From: Chrysemys picta bellii
Taxonomy: Eukaryota
NCBI RefSeq assembly: GCF_011386835.1
Contig: NC_088797.1
Span: forward strand, 29,636,001 to 29,700,000
Direction of reading: 5' to 3'
DNA length: 64,000 nucleotides
Positions 23,371 to 34,700 of the stretch are shown here, piece after piece (position 1 is the stretch's first letter; each line of letters begins with the position of its first letter). The notes under the pieces are model-generated. The model had not been told where the DNA came from, did not search any database, and saw nothing but the letters and a program-made list of their open reading frames with translations. Both the position numbers and the translations under genes were made by a program.

Positions 23371-24330
23371 TGAACAGCAAAGCTCTAGGTCTAGTTAGCC
23401 TGGGGAACTCTATCAGAGGGCCACATTGAGGCTGCAAATTTATGACTGAAAGAGCAAGTGGCCATTTATCTGGATAAGAACAGCCAGCCACTAGTCACTA
23501 TGGGATATTAAACTGATGCTTCATCTTAAATTGCTCTCAACAATTAGGGGGCAGGATGAGACCTTCATAGGGGCAGATTATGCCACAGTTGCTACTGGTA
23601 GGTTCTTGCACCTGGTGCTGGCTGCTGTCAGAGACCACACCTAGGACTAGATGGGGCTGATCTGGCATTTCCTACAACCATAATTTCAAGGCTAAAAATT
23701 AAGCAAGGCTTTTTGTTTTAAACCATTTTCTGGCCACTTCCTAGAACAGCAAGAACAGGGTGAAGCCTCTTTGCTCCCCACCCCACAGGGTGTATGAGTT
23801 GTTAGCCAGATCTGGAGCGAGGCCATTGACTGCAATGGCGGGCATGTTGGATTCTCAGAGAGAATGTCTCAGAGAAAGGCCAGAGCATAAGATTTGAGGC
23901 CTAACTTCACCCACACTCCTAGGGGTGCTCTGAGTTTAGTGAGCAAGATCTGGCCTTAATTTCACCCCCATACCTGGAGTCACTCCAGATTCAAAGAGCA
24001 AGATCCAGTCCACAGTCAAGATAACAATTCTGACCTGGCCCACTCCCCCCTGCGTCAACTGGCTTCACTTATACACCCATGACACTCCCAGGCGGCCCCT
24101 GCAGGGGGTGCTGGAACTACAGTAGTACCAGCTGGATTCTATCTTGCAGCTGTGGAAGCGATGCTGAGGGAATGGGAAACAGCTGAATGCTGAAGGGGTT
24201 GCCTGCAATAGCATGGGACTGCATGACTGAGGAGGTCAAGGCCCACCATGGACTGGTCTCAGAGGAGATCCAGTAGGCGGCACCATCCCTATTTGCCAAT
24301 AAGAAGCCGGGGACTGCGCTTTGACTCAGT

Positions 24331-24336
24331 TTTATT
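24331..24336 (-). terminator. Candidate RELA polyadenylation signal (AATAAA)
   Basis: Plus-strand TTTATT about 1.4 kb downstream of the RELA stop. Confidence 0.6.
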
Positions 24337-25743
24337 AGGAACGTAAGTCAGCGGAAAAACTGGGCACGGAAGCAGGTCCCTGTGCCCCAGAGATAGCAAA
24401 TACATTAATAATACGCGTCACTCATGGTTAAAACCGTCCCTCTACATTTAGCCAATAGTAAGACAAAGGACAGTGGAAGCCAAAATATAGGGTCAGGAAT
24501 GCTATACAAACCCTGCAATGGCGAATGCAGAGAGGGGCCAGAAGGCCACGATGGGCCCAGGTGCTCTCTGGGCCTTCCTGCTGCAGGCCAGGGCCAGCTG
24601 GAGGAGTGGCCCAGATCCTCTGATAGGTTCATAGCCTCTCTTAGGACACCTAGCAGAGCCAGCTTTATTTTACAGACCTGGGAGAGTGCTTTGTGCAACA
24701 GGGCACCTACTCCTGGCTGTTCTGAGCACCCCACCCCACTGCAGGCCCATCTGAGTCATGGAGCAGGGATGGGGAGATCCAGGGGCACTAGGCAGGGAGG
24801 GGCAGTGCCACCACTTCCTACCGCATGGCAAGACACATTATAATACAAGAATGGGAGAATGCCCCAAAACAGGGTGCAGCAACAACCCCCACCCCCCTTA
24901 CACAGCTTGTAGAGCTCCCAAAGCCAAATGTGCAACAGGCCCTCTGCTGGGTGGGAGGGGTCCTGTTCACACTCCCCAGCTGCAAAGGGAGGTGGGAGTT
25001 AATGCTGCTTCCGCTAAGGCACCTCCTGAGGGTGGGAAGGAGAATTCCCCCCCCGCAGTACACCCACAATACAGAGCCAGTCTGGTCTGGATGCCAGAAC
25101 CCCAGCCCGGCCCTGAGGAAACCCTTTCTGATTGGCTGCCCATCCCCAGGAGGCTGGGAATGGGGATAGGCAGCCAATCAGAGCTGCTGCAGGAGTTAAG
25201 GTAGAGCTCCCCCACCCCAGCCAACAGTTTTCAGGTAAGGGAGGACAGAGCGGAAGGAACTCAGAAGCTCAGGGCAGCTTCACTCCCCTCCTCCCTCCTG
25301 TGAATAATGGGTCAAGCCCGTCCCCTACCCGTCCTGACAATAAATCAGTCCATTGTCTGCTCCTCCCCCCTCCATTCCTGTGAAGAGGGTGAGGCTCTTC
25401 TTTGCTCCTCCCCCTGCCTCCCTGCAATGGGGGAGGAACTAACCCTGGCGCTGCCCCCTCAGCCTGACAGGTGGGAAACATCCTGTAGTGCAGGGGATTG
25501 AATGGGGGGATACAGAGCAGGGCTCTGGGGAGGCATGGGGTGGGCGGACAGTGAGATCTATAGCCAAATGAAGCCAGTAATACAAGGCCCAAGCAGCCCA
25601 GATGGGGGACCTGGGCTGACTGAGTCCAGGGCAGAGTCCCCCGCCGGGATTCTCGGTGGATGAGCAGTTACTCACCCCTGAGTCCCCTTGCGCAGAGCCA
25701 GGTGGGCGTTGTCACTGTCAGTCTGTCTTTCCCAACGTCCCCA

Positions 25744-28700
25744 CTAGGAGGAGCTGAACTGGCTGAGCAGAGCGCTGAAGTCCAGATCCCCCATGGAGGT
25801 GAGGCTTTCTTCCGGGAGGTTGCCCAGGACCCCATTGAGGAAGCTGTTGGTACTGCTGCCCCCCCCACCCCCACCGTTGCCCTGAGGCTCCTCCCCTGTC
25901 ACGCCCACCACACCACGTTGGCTGCTCATCAGGCGGGTGATCGACTCGGGATAGGTCAGGAGCATGCTGTGCCCGTCAGCACCCTCGGTGGATGACCCCT
26001 GGTTCAGCAACTGCCGGAACTCAGTAGTGTTGATGGACTCCAGGCTGGTGTAGGTGGTGTCCTCCAGCAAGGCCCCCAGCTCCATGGCGGTTGGGTCGCC
26101 CCCGCCCTCAAACGGCAGGTGGAAGAAGGAGTCAAAGTTGGGCTCGGCCTCGGGAGCAGGGGGTGGGGGCTGGGCCCGGCTTGAGATGCCCAGGCTGGAG
26201 AACTCCTCCAGATTGACTGTACTGAAGCCCATCTGGGGGGCGGGAGGAGGAGGAGCTCGGCTGGGCCCAGTGAAGGGTAAGGAGGGGTGCTGGGCCGTGG
26301 CCTGTGGCTTCTGGAGGGGTGGCAGCTGCCCCATGGTGCCTGCCATTCCAGTGAGACCTAGAGAAGGGAGAGGTTAGTGCTGAGAGACGGGGGGGCCAAC
26401 CTCATGGGCAGGGACCCCAGTGCCTCCCCTCAGGGCAGCATGGTACAGAGAAGCATTATGGGGGATTGTGCAGTCCCCCCACACTGGGGCTGGATTGGAG
26501 CTGGTGCTCCCTAAAGGGGAAAGGCCCATTCCCCACCCTGGCGCAATGTGGCTGGAGCCCCCTTACCACTGGGTTTGGGCATGGCTGTGCGGGCAGGGAC
26601 AGCAATCCGACGCGGGGAACGTGACTCCGGAACCACCACTGCTGGGAGGAGAGACAGGATCAGTGACATGGGGGGGCTGACACAGCAGAGAACCCCCCCC
26701 ACCGCAGCTAAGCCACCCTCAGATGCCCCTCCATGTAGGAGGCTAATGAGCTTCACCTCCCAAAACCACAGACATGTCATCCCCTCCACCCCACCGGTAC
26801 TAGAGGCAACCAAGTTCAGTCTCTTTTCTCCCAATCCCCCTTGGCTTAGGTGCCTGAAGCCCAACTATAAGGCTCACACACCCCTGTCCCTCAAGAGCCA
26901 CCCACCCTCCTGAGCTGCCCTCCCTCAAAGAGCCCCCCCTTCCCAGCCCCCCCCAACCCCCTTCCCAGCTAAGAGACCACCCCTTCAGCAAAGAGACCCC
27001 CCACAATCTCCTCCCCATCCGCCCAGATACTCTGCCCCCCTGCCCCGTTACGAACCGTCGGCCACCCCCAGCCTCACCTGTGAAAGGCGCTTTCTGCACA
27101 AAGTTCTTGAAGGTGTCCCGCGTTCGCTTGCGCTTCTCCTCGATGCGATGGAAGTCACCTAGGGGAGAGCATGGCCCTTTAGCCCTGGGGGCTGATTCCT
27201 CCCTGCCCCGGGGTGGGGTCCCATTCCCCACTCCTGGAGCCAGCCAGTCCCCCTGCCCTCAGGCCAGAGTGGAGCTGGCGCCCCCTAGAGGAAAGGCCCC
27301 CTGATACCTTCGTCTGGCAGGTAGCGGAACTCCATGGCCTCGCTGACCTCCTTGTCAGATGGGCGCCGGAGCTGCATCTGCACCGTCACCGGCTCCCTGA
27401 GTGCCTGGTCCTGGTATGGGGGGGTTTTGAACACGATGGCGACCTGCCGGTGCACATCTGCCTGCGAGAAGGAGCCCTTGGCCTCCCACGAGTCCTTGAA
27501 GAACCGGACCTCAATGTCCTCTGGGGGAGGCAAAGGGGGAGATGAGGGGGCTGCAGGCACCAATGGGAGAGCTGGAGATAGGACCCAGGAGTCTGGGCTC
27601 CCAGCCCCCCAACCACTAAACCTTACTGCCCTCTCAGAGCTGTGGATAGACCCCAAGAGTCCTGACCCCAGGCCGCCCCACTCTAACCTCTGGTTTCCTC
27701 ATCAGAGAGCAATGGAACCAGCTGCTTGGGAGGTGGGAGTGTATGGTGGTGGTGGTAGTGGGGGGGGGGGAAGGGGGAGGGTTGGAGTCACCATCCCTGT
27801 GGAGGGAGCCAGGCTGGAGATCCAGCTTTTGGGGATAAAGCCAACTGTGCCCTGATGGAAGAAGAGGACCCCTGTACTCACCCCCTCTGGAGAGACCCAG
27901 CACGCCCATTCATCCCCCCCCCCCCCACACACACACACACGCTAGGAGCCCCAGGCCTGCACCCACACTCCCAGGGAGCCCCCTCCAGCCTCAGGGCTCC
28001 CCCCACGCACTTACCCTTCTGCACCTTGTCACAGAGCAGGAAGATCTCGTCCCCCCCCAGGCAGCTCCCCGAGTTGCGATTGACCCGGCAGATCTTCAGC
28101 TCAGCCGTGTTGGGGGCTCCTGGGGAGGGAAAGTGGGAGTCAGGGACCCCAGGACAAACCAACATGGGGGCATGGGTGGGTCTCTTCCCCTGGGGCTCTC
28201 ACTGGGCCCCCCCATATCCATGTGCTAGGGACCCCCTCCCCACAGCAACCCTCAGCCCCTCCATCCTCCTGTACCACCCCCCACTGCTGCTCCAGGGACC
28301 CCCACCAACTCCTCCAATCTCTGGGCCAAGGACCCTCCCCTACGTACCCTCTCCCCCCACCGCTGTGCTTGTAACCCCCCACCCCTGCAGCTGGGCCAGG
28401 CCCCCACTTCCAATCCCTCTGTCCTCCCCAGCTGGGCCCAGCCCCCTCCCTCCAGGGCTCACGGTTGTCGTAGATCGGCTGTGACACCACGAGGGGCAGC
28501 TGGACGAGGTGCCCAGTGCCCACAGGGTCCTGCACCCACACCTGGAAGCAGAGCCGCACGGCATTCAGGTCATAGTCCCCCTTCTGGTTGTCCAAGGGCA
28601 CTGTGGGGGCGAGATGGGGGGGAATGAGACTCACACAGGGTGGCTGAGATCCCGGTCCCCACCACCCCTCTCCTGGGACCCTTGGCTCCAACCCTGCCTG

Positions 28701-31700
28701 GGCAATTTCTCCCCCTCCCACATTGACTGAAGGGGCTGTTACTGGCTCTGACTCCTCCCCATCGAAGAGCTCCTGTTTGTCCCCCCTCACATCGAAAGGG
28801 CTGTGGTTGGTTCTGCCCCACCCCCAGGCAGTCCTCCCCCCCATCGAAGGGGCTGTGGTTGGTTCTGCCCCACCCCCAGGCAGTCCTCCCCCACATCGAA
28901 GGGGCTGTGGTTGGTTCTGCCCCACCCCCAGGCAGTCCTTCCCCCATCAAAGGTTCTGTGGTTGGTTCTGTCCCACCCCCAGGCAGTCCTCCCCCGCATC
29001 GAAGGGGCTGTGGTTGGTTCTGCCCCACCTCCAGGCAGTCCTCCTGCCCATGGAAGGGGCTGTGGTTGGTTCTGCCTCACCAACAGGCAGTCCTCCCCCA
29101 TATTGAAGGGGCTGTGGTTGGTTCTGCCCCACCCCCAGGCAGTCCTCCCGCCCATGGAAGGGGCTGTGGTTGGTTCTGCCCCACGCCCACGCAGTCCTCC
29201 CCAACCTCGAAGGGGCTGTGGTTGGTTCTGCCCCACCCCCAGGCAGTCCTCCCCCCATGGAAGGGTCTGTGGTTGGTTCTGCCCCAGGCCCAGGCAGTCC
29301 CTCACTCACCATTGAAGGGGTTGTTGTTGGTGCGGATGCGCTGTGCCACAGCCTCGTCCAGCTCCCGTTTCTTCACACACTGGATGCCCAGATTCTGGAA
29401 GCTGAGATGCAGGCAGGGGTTACCCACAGCCCCTCCCTGCATGGTGCCAGCCCAGCCCCGGGGAGGGTGGGGGGCTGGACCCCTGGGTTCCGTCCCCAGC
29501 TCTACCCAACTTGCTACGAGATCCTGGGTAAGTCCCCTCCCCTCGCGAATCAGCAGCAAAGCTGAGGGTACGTCTACACTACCCGACAGATCAGCTGGTA
29601 GTGATCAATCTATCGGGGATCGATTAATCGCGTCGAGTGTAGATGCAATAAATCGATCCCCGATCGCTCTGCCATCGACTCCTGTACTCCACCGCGGCGA
29701 GAGGCGGAAGCGGAGTCGACGGGAGAGCAACGGCAGTTGACCCCACGCCGTGAGGACACGAGATAAGTCGACCTAAGATACGTCAACTTCAGCTATGCTA
29801 TTCTCGTAGCTGAACTTGCATATCTTAGGTTGATCCCCCCGCCAGTGTAGACCAGGCCTGAAATAGAACCCAGGAGTCCTGATGCCTGGCTCCCCACCCC
29901 ACCACATGGCTTTAACCCACTCGACGCCCACCCTCCCCTGAATTCCAGGGACAGAACCCAGGAGTCCTGACTCCAGCCTCCCATCTCTACTGCAGCTGAC
30001 CCCACGCCCCTACCAAAGGTGGGGATTGAACCCAGGTGTCCGGGCTCACCTGTGGATGTTGCGCTCAGGTGATAGCTCAGCCTCATAGTAGCCATCCTTG
30101 CAATCTTTGCCCACCAGCTCGTGGGGGTGGGGTCGGTGGGGGGCGTCCTTGGTCACCAGAGAGATACGAACCTTCCCGGGGCCTGTGTAATTATTGATCT
30201 GGGGGTGGGAGATGGGGGCAAAGGTTAGGGGCTCCAAGGATCCTCAGCAGGGCTAGAAAGGAGCCCCTCCCCGCCATTCCCCACTGGAAATCAGGCTGAG
30301 ATCTTCCAAATTCACTGTATCCATGAGCCTCCAGGGGGCAGCAGCTGCAGGGGTCTGGCCCCTTTGGCATCAGGCATTGTTGAGGTCCCACTCCACGTGG
30401 GAGCATGGGAGTGTTAACACTCAGAGCCCCTCCTCCAATCTCATGGGGGAGGGGGGGAGTGAGTCACAGAGTGGGGGAGCAGCATACCTTCCCAGAGCTA
30501 GGGATAAAACCCAGGAGTTCTGGCTCCCAGCTCTCTGCTCTATCCACTCTATCCACTAGGCAGTGCTCAATTCTCCAGGATTTCATTAGGGGGTCCAGGC
30601 CACCCACCCAGAGGTGAAGGATTGGGAATGCACAGGGGGCAGAGGAGGGGGCACTGGAGGTGCAAAGACCTTGTCGGTGAGTGCGGGGAGGGGCTGATCT
30701 TGAGGGTGAAGTGTGGGGGAGAGGTGCACTGGGGCGGGGGCTGACCTTGATGGTGGGGTGGGTCTTGGTAGTGTCGGTGCTGCGCTCCCCAGGGATGCTG
30801 CCGGCCGAGCGCCCCTCGCACTTGTAGCGGAAGCGCATGCCGCGCTGCTTGGGCTGTTCGATGATCTCCACGTAGGGGGTGCTGCTGGGGGTGGGCTCTG
30901 GGGGCACAGAGAGACAGACGTGAGCGACGGACAGACCAACCCTCGGCATCGCCCACACCTCTGCAATCAGCAATGGCTTTAGCGTGAAGGACATAAATCC
31001 CATGGAGCATGGAGGGAAACCGAGTCACATGGATTGGGGTCAGTGGCCGAACTAGGGAATAAAACCCAGGAGTCCTGACTCCCAGCCCCTCCTGCCCTAT
31101 CCACTAGATCCCACTCTTCTTTCAGAACTGGACAGAACCCAGGAGTCCTTTTGAACAGCCCCTATGCCCCCCCCCCAAGGTGGCTGCAGCTCAGCATGGG
31201 GCAAGGGATCCCTGTATAAACAGCCCCCACACCCCACATCTCAGCACAGCCCTGTCAAGTCTGGGGCAGCTACTCCCTCTTGGGGATTTCCCCTGACTGG
31301 AGCTTTAATCTAACAGTGGAATGTACAGCCCCTTACATCACACTTTGCTGGCATTAGGCCAGCAGCCCTGCAGGGAGGAGATGGGAGTCCCCAGGAGATC
31401 TCCAGCCAGAGCTAGTCTTGAACCTTGTCACACAGGGCACAACCACTGACTGCAGCTTCTGCTGCAGGAATCCACCTCACAATGTGACTAATTCAGAGTC
31501 CATGATGAGTCATCCCAACTCCCACCCCGCCAGGCAGGGGAACCCCTGGCACCAGGATCCCGGAGTGCTGAGATGCAGCCGCCTCTGGGGAGAGGTAAGA
31601 GGGCTGTTTATACACTGATCCCTCACCTGGTGCTGAGATGTAGTGTCACACTTGTGTCTCATGCAATTCATGGCATTTCTAGCACCACGGCACACCCTAG

Positions 31701-34700
31701 AGACATGCTGCGGTACTGGGATAGCACTTACTCTGAGGAGAGAGTGCTCCCTACTGAGCCCCTGCCACACTCACTGCAGCACAGCGGCCTCCTGCATTCT
31801 ATTCCTGGCTCTGGGACGAGAGTGGGATCAAGTGGGTTAGAGCAGGAGGTGCTGGGAGCCAGGACTCCTGGGTTCTACGGGGATAATCTCTAGTGCATGA
31901 GATGGTTTTGCAAGGGACTAGTGCTTCGACAGCTCTAACAGCCTTGGAGAGCAGTTGCTAGTGAAATACATTATTAACAATCATAATTTTGTTAATTACA
32001 TTCAATTTAAATATGCAAGTTGAATCATGACTCACCCTGGAGGCCCCAGTCCTGATGGAGGAGGACAAGTGGCAGCAGGTCTGAAAGGCAAGAATGGGAG
32101 GTATTATTGGCATGATAGAGCCAGGGTTTTAGCAACCTCCTGCAGCAGGGAGTTCCAGAGGTACAGGAGGCAGATAGGGCCCTTGTATGGTCCCAACTGG
32201 GAAAACAGATTTCTTGTAATCAATCAGCTCCACCTAGTGTCCATACCTGGCATTGCACCTCATCCCCTCTCCACTCTCACTCCCCATGCCTATTACATGC
32301 TTCTATGAGACCAGTCCTCCATGCTGCCCAGAATCCTGACTTGCCCACAAGCAACGGGGCTCATGCTGCCCCAGGGGAAATAGTGGGGGTGAGATGCAAC
32401 TGCCTCTGGGGTAGGCACAGGGCTGGCTAGCAGCTGCATAGTCATTTGGAATTAGAAATAAAAGATAATGGTGAATGGGGTTAAAACAGAAGGGGGTTAT
32501 TCAGGGAGGAAGAACGGAATCTGCTGGGGTGGGAGGTGGCCTGGACACAGGGTTCACATGCCAAGTGACATGCACCTGTGCTCGGGGCTATTTCACCCCT
32601 TGATGTTCAGGCAGCATGAGGATTTGGGGAATTGGGCAGGCAGAACAGGGGGCCCGTGGCGGGGAGTTAACAGCTCCTGATCTCAGATCCTGCCCCAGAG
32701 ACAGGAAAGTCCCAGCTCCCACACCCTGCTGCTCTTTCCCGTAACTCACATGGGGCCTGTGCTAGCCTGACACCACTCCCAGTTGTCACAGGGCACCCAG
32801 ACTGCAGGCACTGCCAGGTCAGGCTGCAGTTGGTACACCTCCAAGAGAAATACTGAGTGCTGAAGGGAAGAGGTTCTCTCCCATCGCAGTCAGGGCTAGC
32901 ACAGATGCCCCAGTGCAGCACTAGGGGACACTGTGCTGATCCTGACCTCTCAACCCCACTGTCCTGGGAATGTCCAGCTCAGGCAATTTCATTGCTCTCC
33001 CTAGATGCTCCAGCAGTTCCAGCTGTTCTTACTCACCCCAGACACCCATGTGCAGTATTGTTGTGTGGCTGTTGTACACTGCCATGCTCCACCCTAGAAG
33101 TGGCTGCATTTTGTTGGCAGATGAAATGAAGCATGGTTTCTATAGCAGCTATAGAATGGTCTGCACACTAGACATGTCATTCCTACAGGACCAGAGAGGC
33201 CTCCAACTCTGGGTAACAGCAAGCACCAGACAAACCCTGTTACAGAGAGCTTCCCCTCCCAAGCACACATCTTTCAGAAACACACCCAAGGAATCCCTTC
33301 CCTGGCACTGAGATGCAGCCACTTCTGGGGCGGGTCATGGGGGGTTGTTTATAAATTATACAGCACAGGGTTTTCCCATTGAACACCCCAGGCATCTGGC
33401 TGCTTCCTTTGGGAAGACAATCCCATGCTTTCTCCCTGCTGCTCGTTGCCCCAGCCAGGTGATGTGTGGATTTCAGGCATGGCCTGATCAGGGCCTGGTT
33501 TGTGAAGGACCCTGCCCAGTGACACACCCAAATCCTTCCAAGTGGGGAGGGAGTGGGGCATTGTCACATAGGGCTCGTCCATGCTTCCAGGGCTGCAGCG
33601 TCTCCTGCCATAGGTACTCAACATCCCCAAGAGGCAGGAGTGGTCGGTGGGAGAAGCTCTCCTGTTGACTCAGCACTGTCTGCCCTGGGAGTTAGGTCGG
33701 TGTAACTGCATCGCTCCGGGGGGTGGATTTCCCACATCCCTGAGCAATGTAGTTATACCAATGTAAGTCCAGAGCATCAACCCAGCAGAGATGCAGGCAG
33801 GTCAGCACTGAGTACTAGGACTCCTGGGTTCTAGTCCCAGCTCTAAGAGGGGAATAGTGACTAGTGGTTAGAGCAGTGGACTGGGAGTTAGGACTCCTGG
33901 GTCTCATTCCTGGCTCTGGGAGAGCAGCTGTGGTTTTGGGTGCCCCAATCACCTCTCAGGCAGAGCCCTGAGGCCCCCGTCTCCACAGAGCACCTCCATG
34001 GAGCAAAGGCTCCAACAGGAAATTCCTGGGAAGACTGAGCTGCTGAGAGCCAGGAATGGGACTAGACTGGCGCTGCCCTGATACGTACAAGCAGCCAATG
34101 CTGCCCTCGTTCCCCACTCCTCTGCTGGGCGAAGACATCACAGCCTTGGCTGCATCTGCAGCACTGTGCCCCCTAGCACCAGGCAGGGGCACTGGGGCCA
34201 ACACTGACTGTGAGGGGAGAGCGCCCCCTACTGAGCTCCCCCAGCACCCACTGAAGCCTCCAGGACTGCAGCCTGATTCTGCCCAGCCCAGGGCTCCCAG
34301 CTTGGCTCAGACCAGCAATTAGTGCCCTTAGTTTCTGTTTGCAGAGCTGGGAGCTGCACCCTGGTTCCCAAGGGGCCCAGCTCACTCATTAACCAGGTCC
34401 CATTGTCCCAGCAGCACTGCTAGTGGGAGGTGATTTATGGGGCCTGTGCAGGGACCAAGGGAGGCAGCAATTTAGGAAGAGGAAGAACAACAGAAACTGT
34501 ATTTCAACTCAAAACCCACAGGTGGTGGGAGAGGGGAGGCGTAACCCAGGACTGGCCTAGCGGGGGCTGCGGGGTAGGAGTGAGGGGCTCTAGCAGAGCT
34601 GTTTGGGGAGCCCAGGACTGGCCTAGCAGGGGGCTGCAGGGCAGGAGTGAGGGGCTCCTGAAGGGAGTTTTCTGCCTGTTTCAGCACTAAGTTTTTAAAG

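Noticed and set aside
27159-27307. RELA intron 8 donor GTATCAG as a U12 intron
   Set aside because: Lacks the CCT at +5 to +7 and has no TCCTTAAC-type branch near the acceptor.
28140-29740. Overlapping 120-293 aa ORFs on both strands around RELA exons 5-6
   Set aside because: Read-through of the 52-bp minisatellite; only exons 29401-29310 and 28600-28463 are coding.
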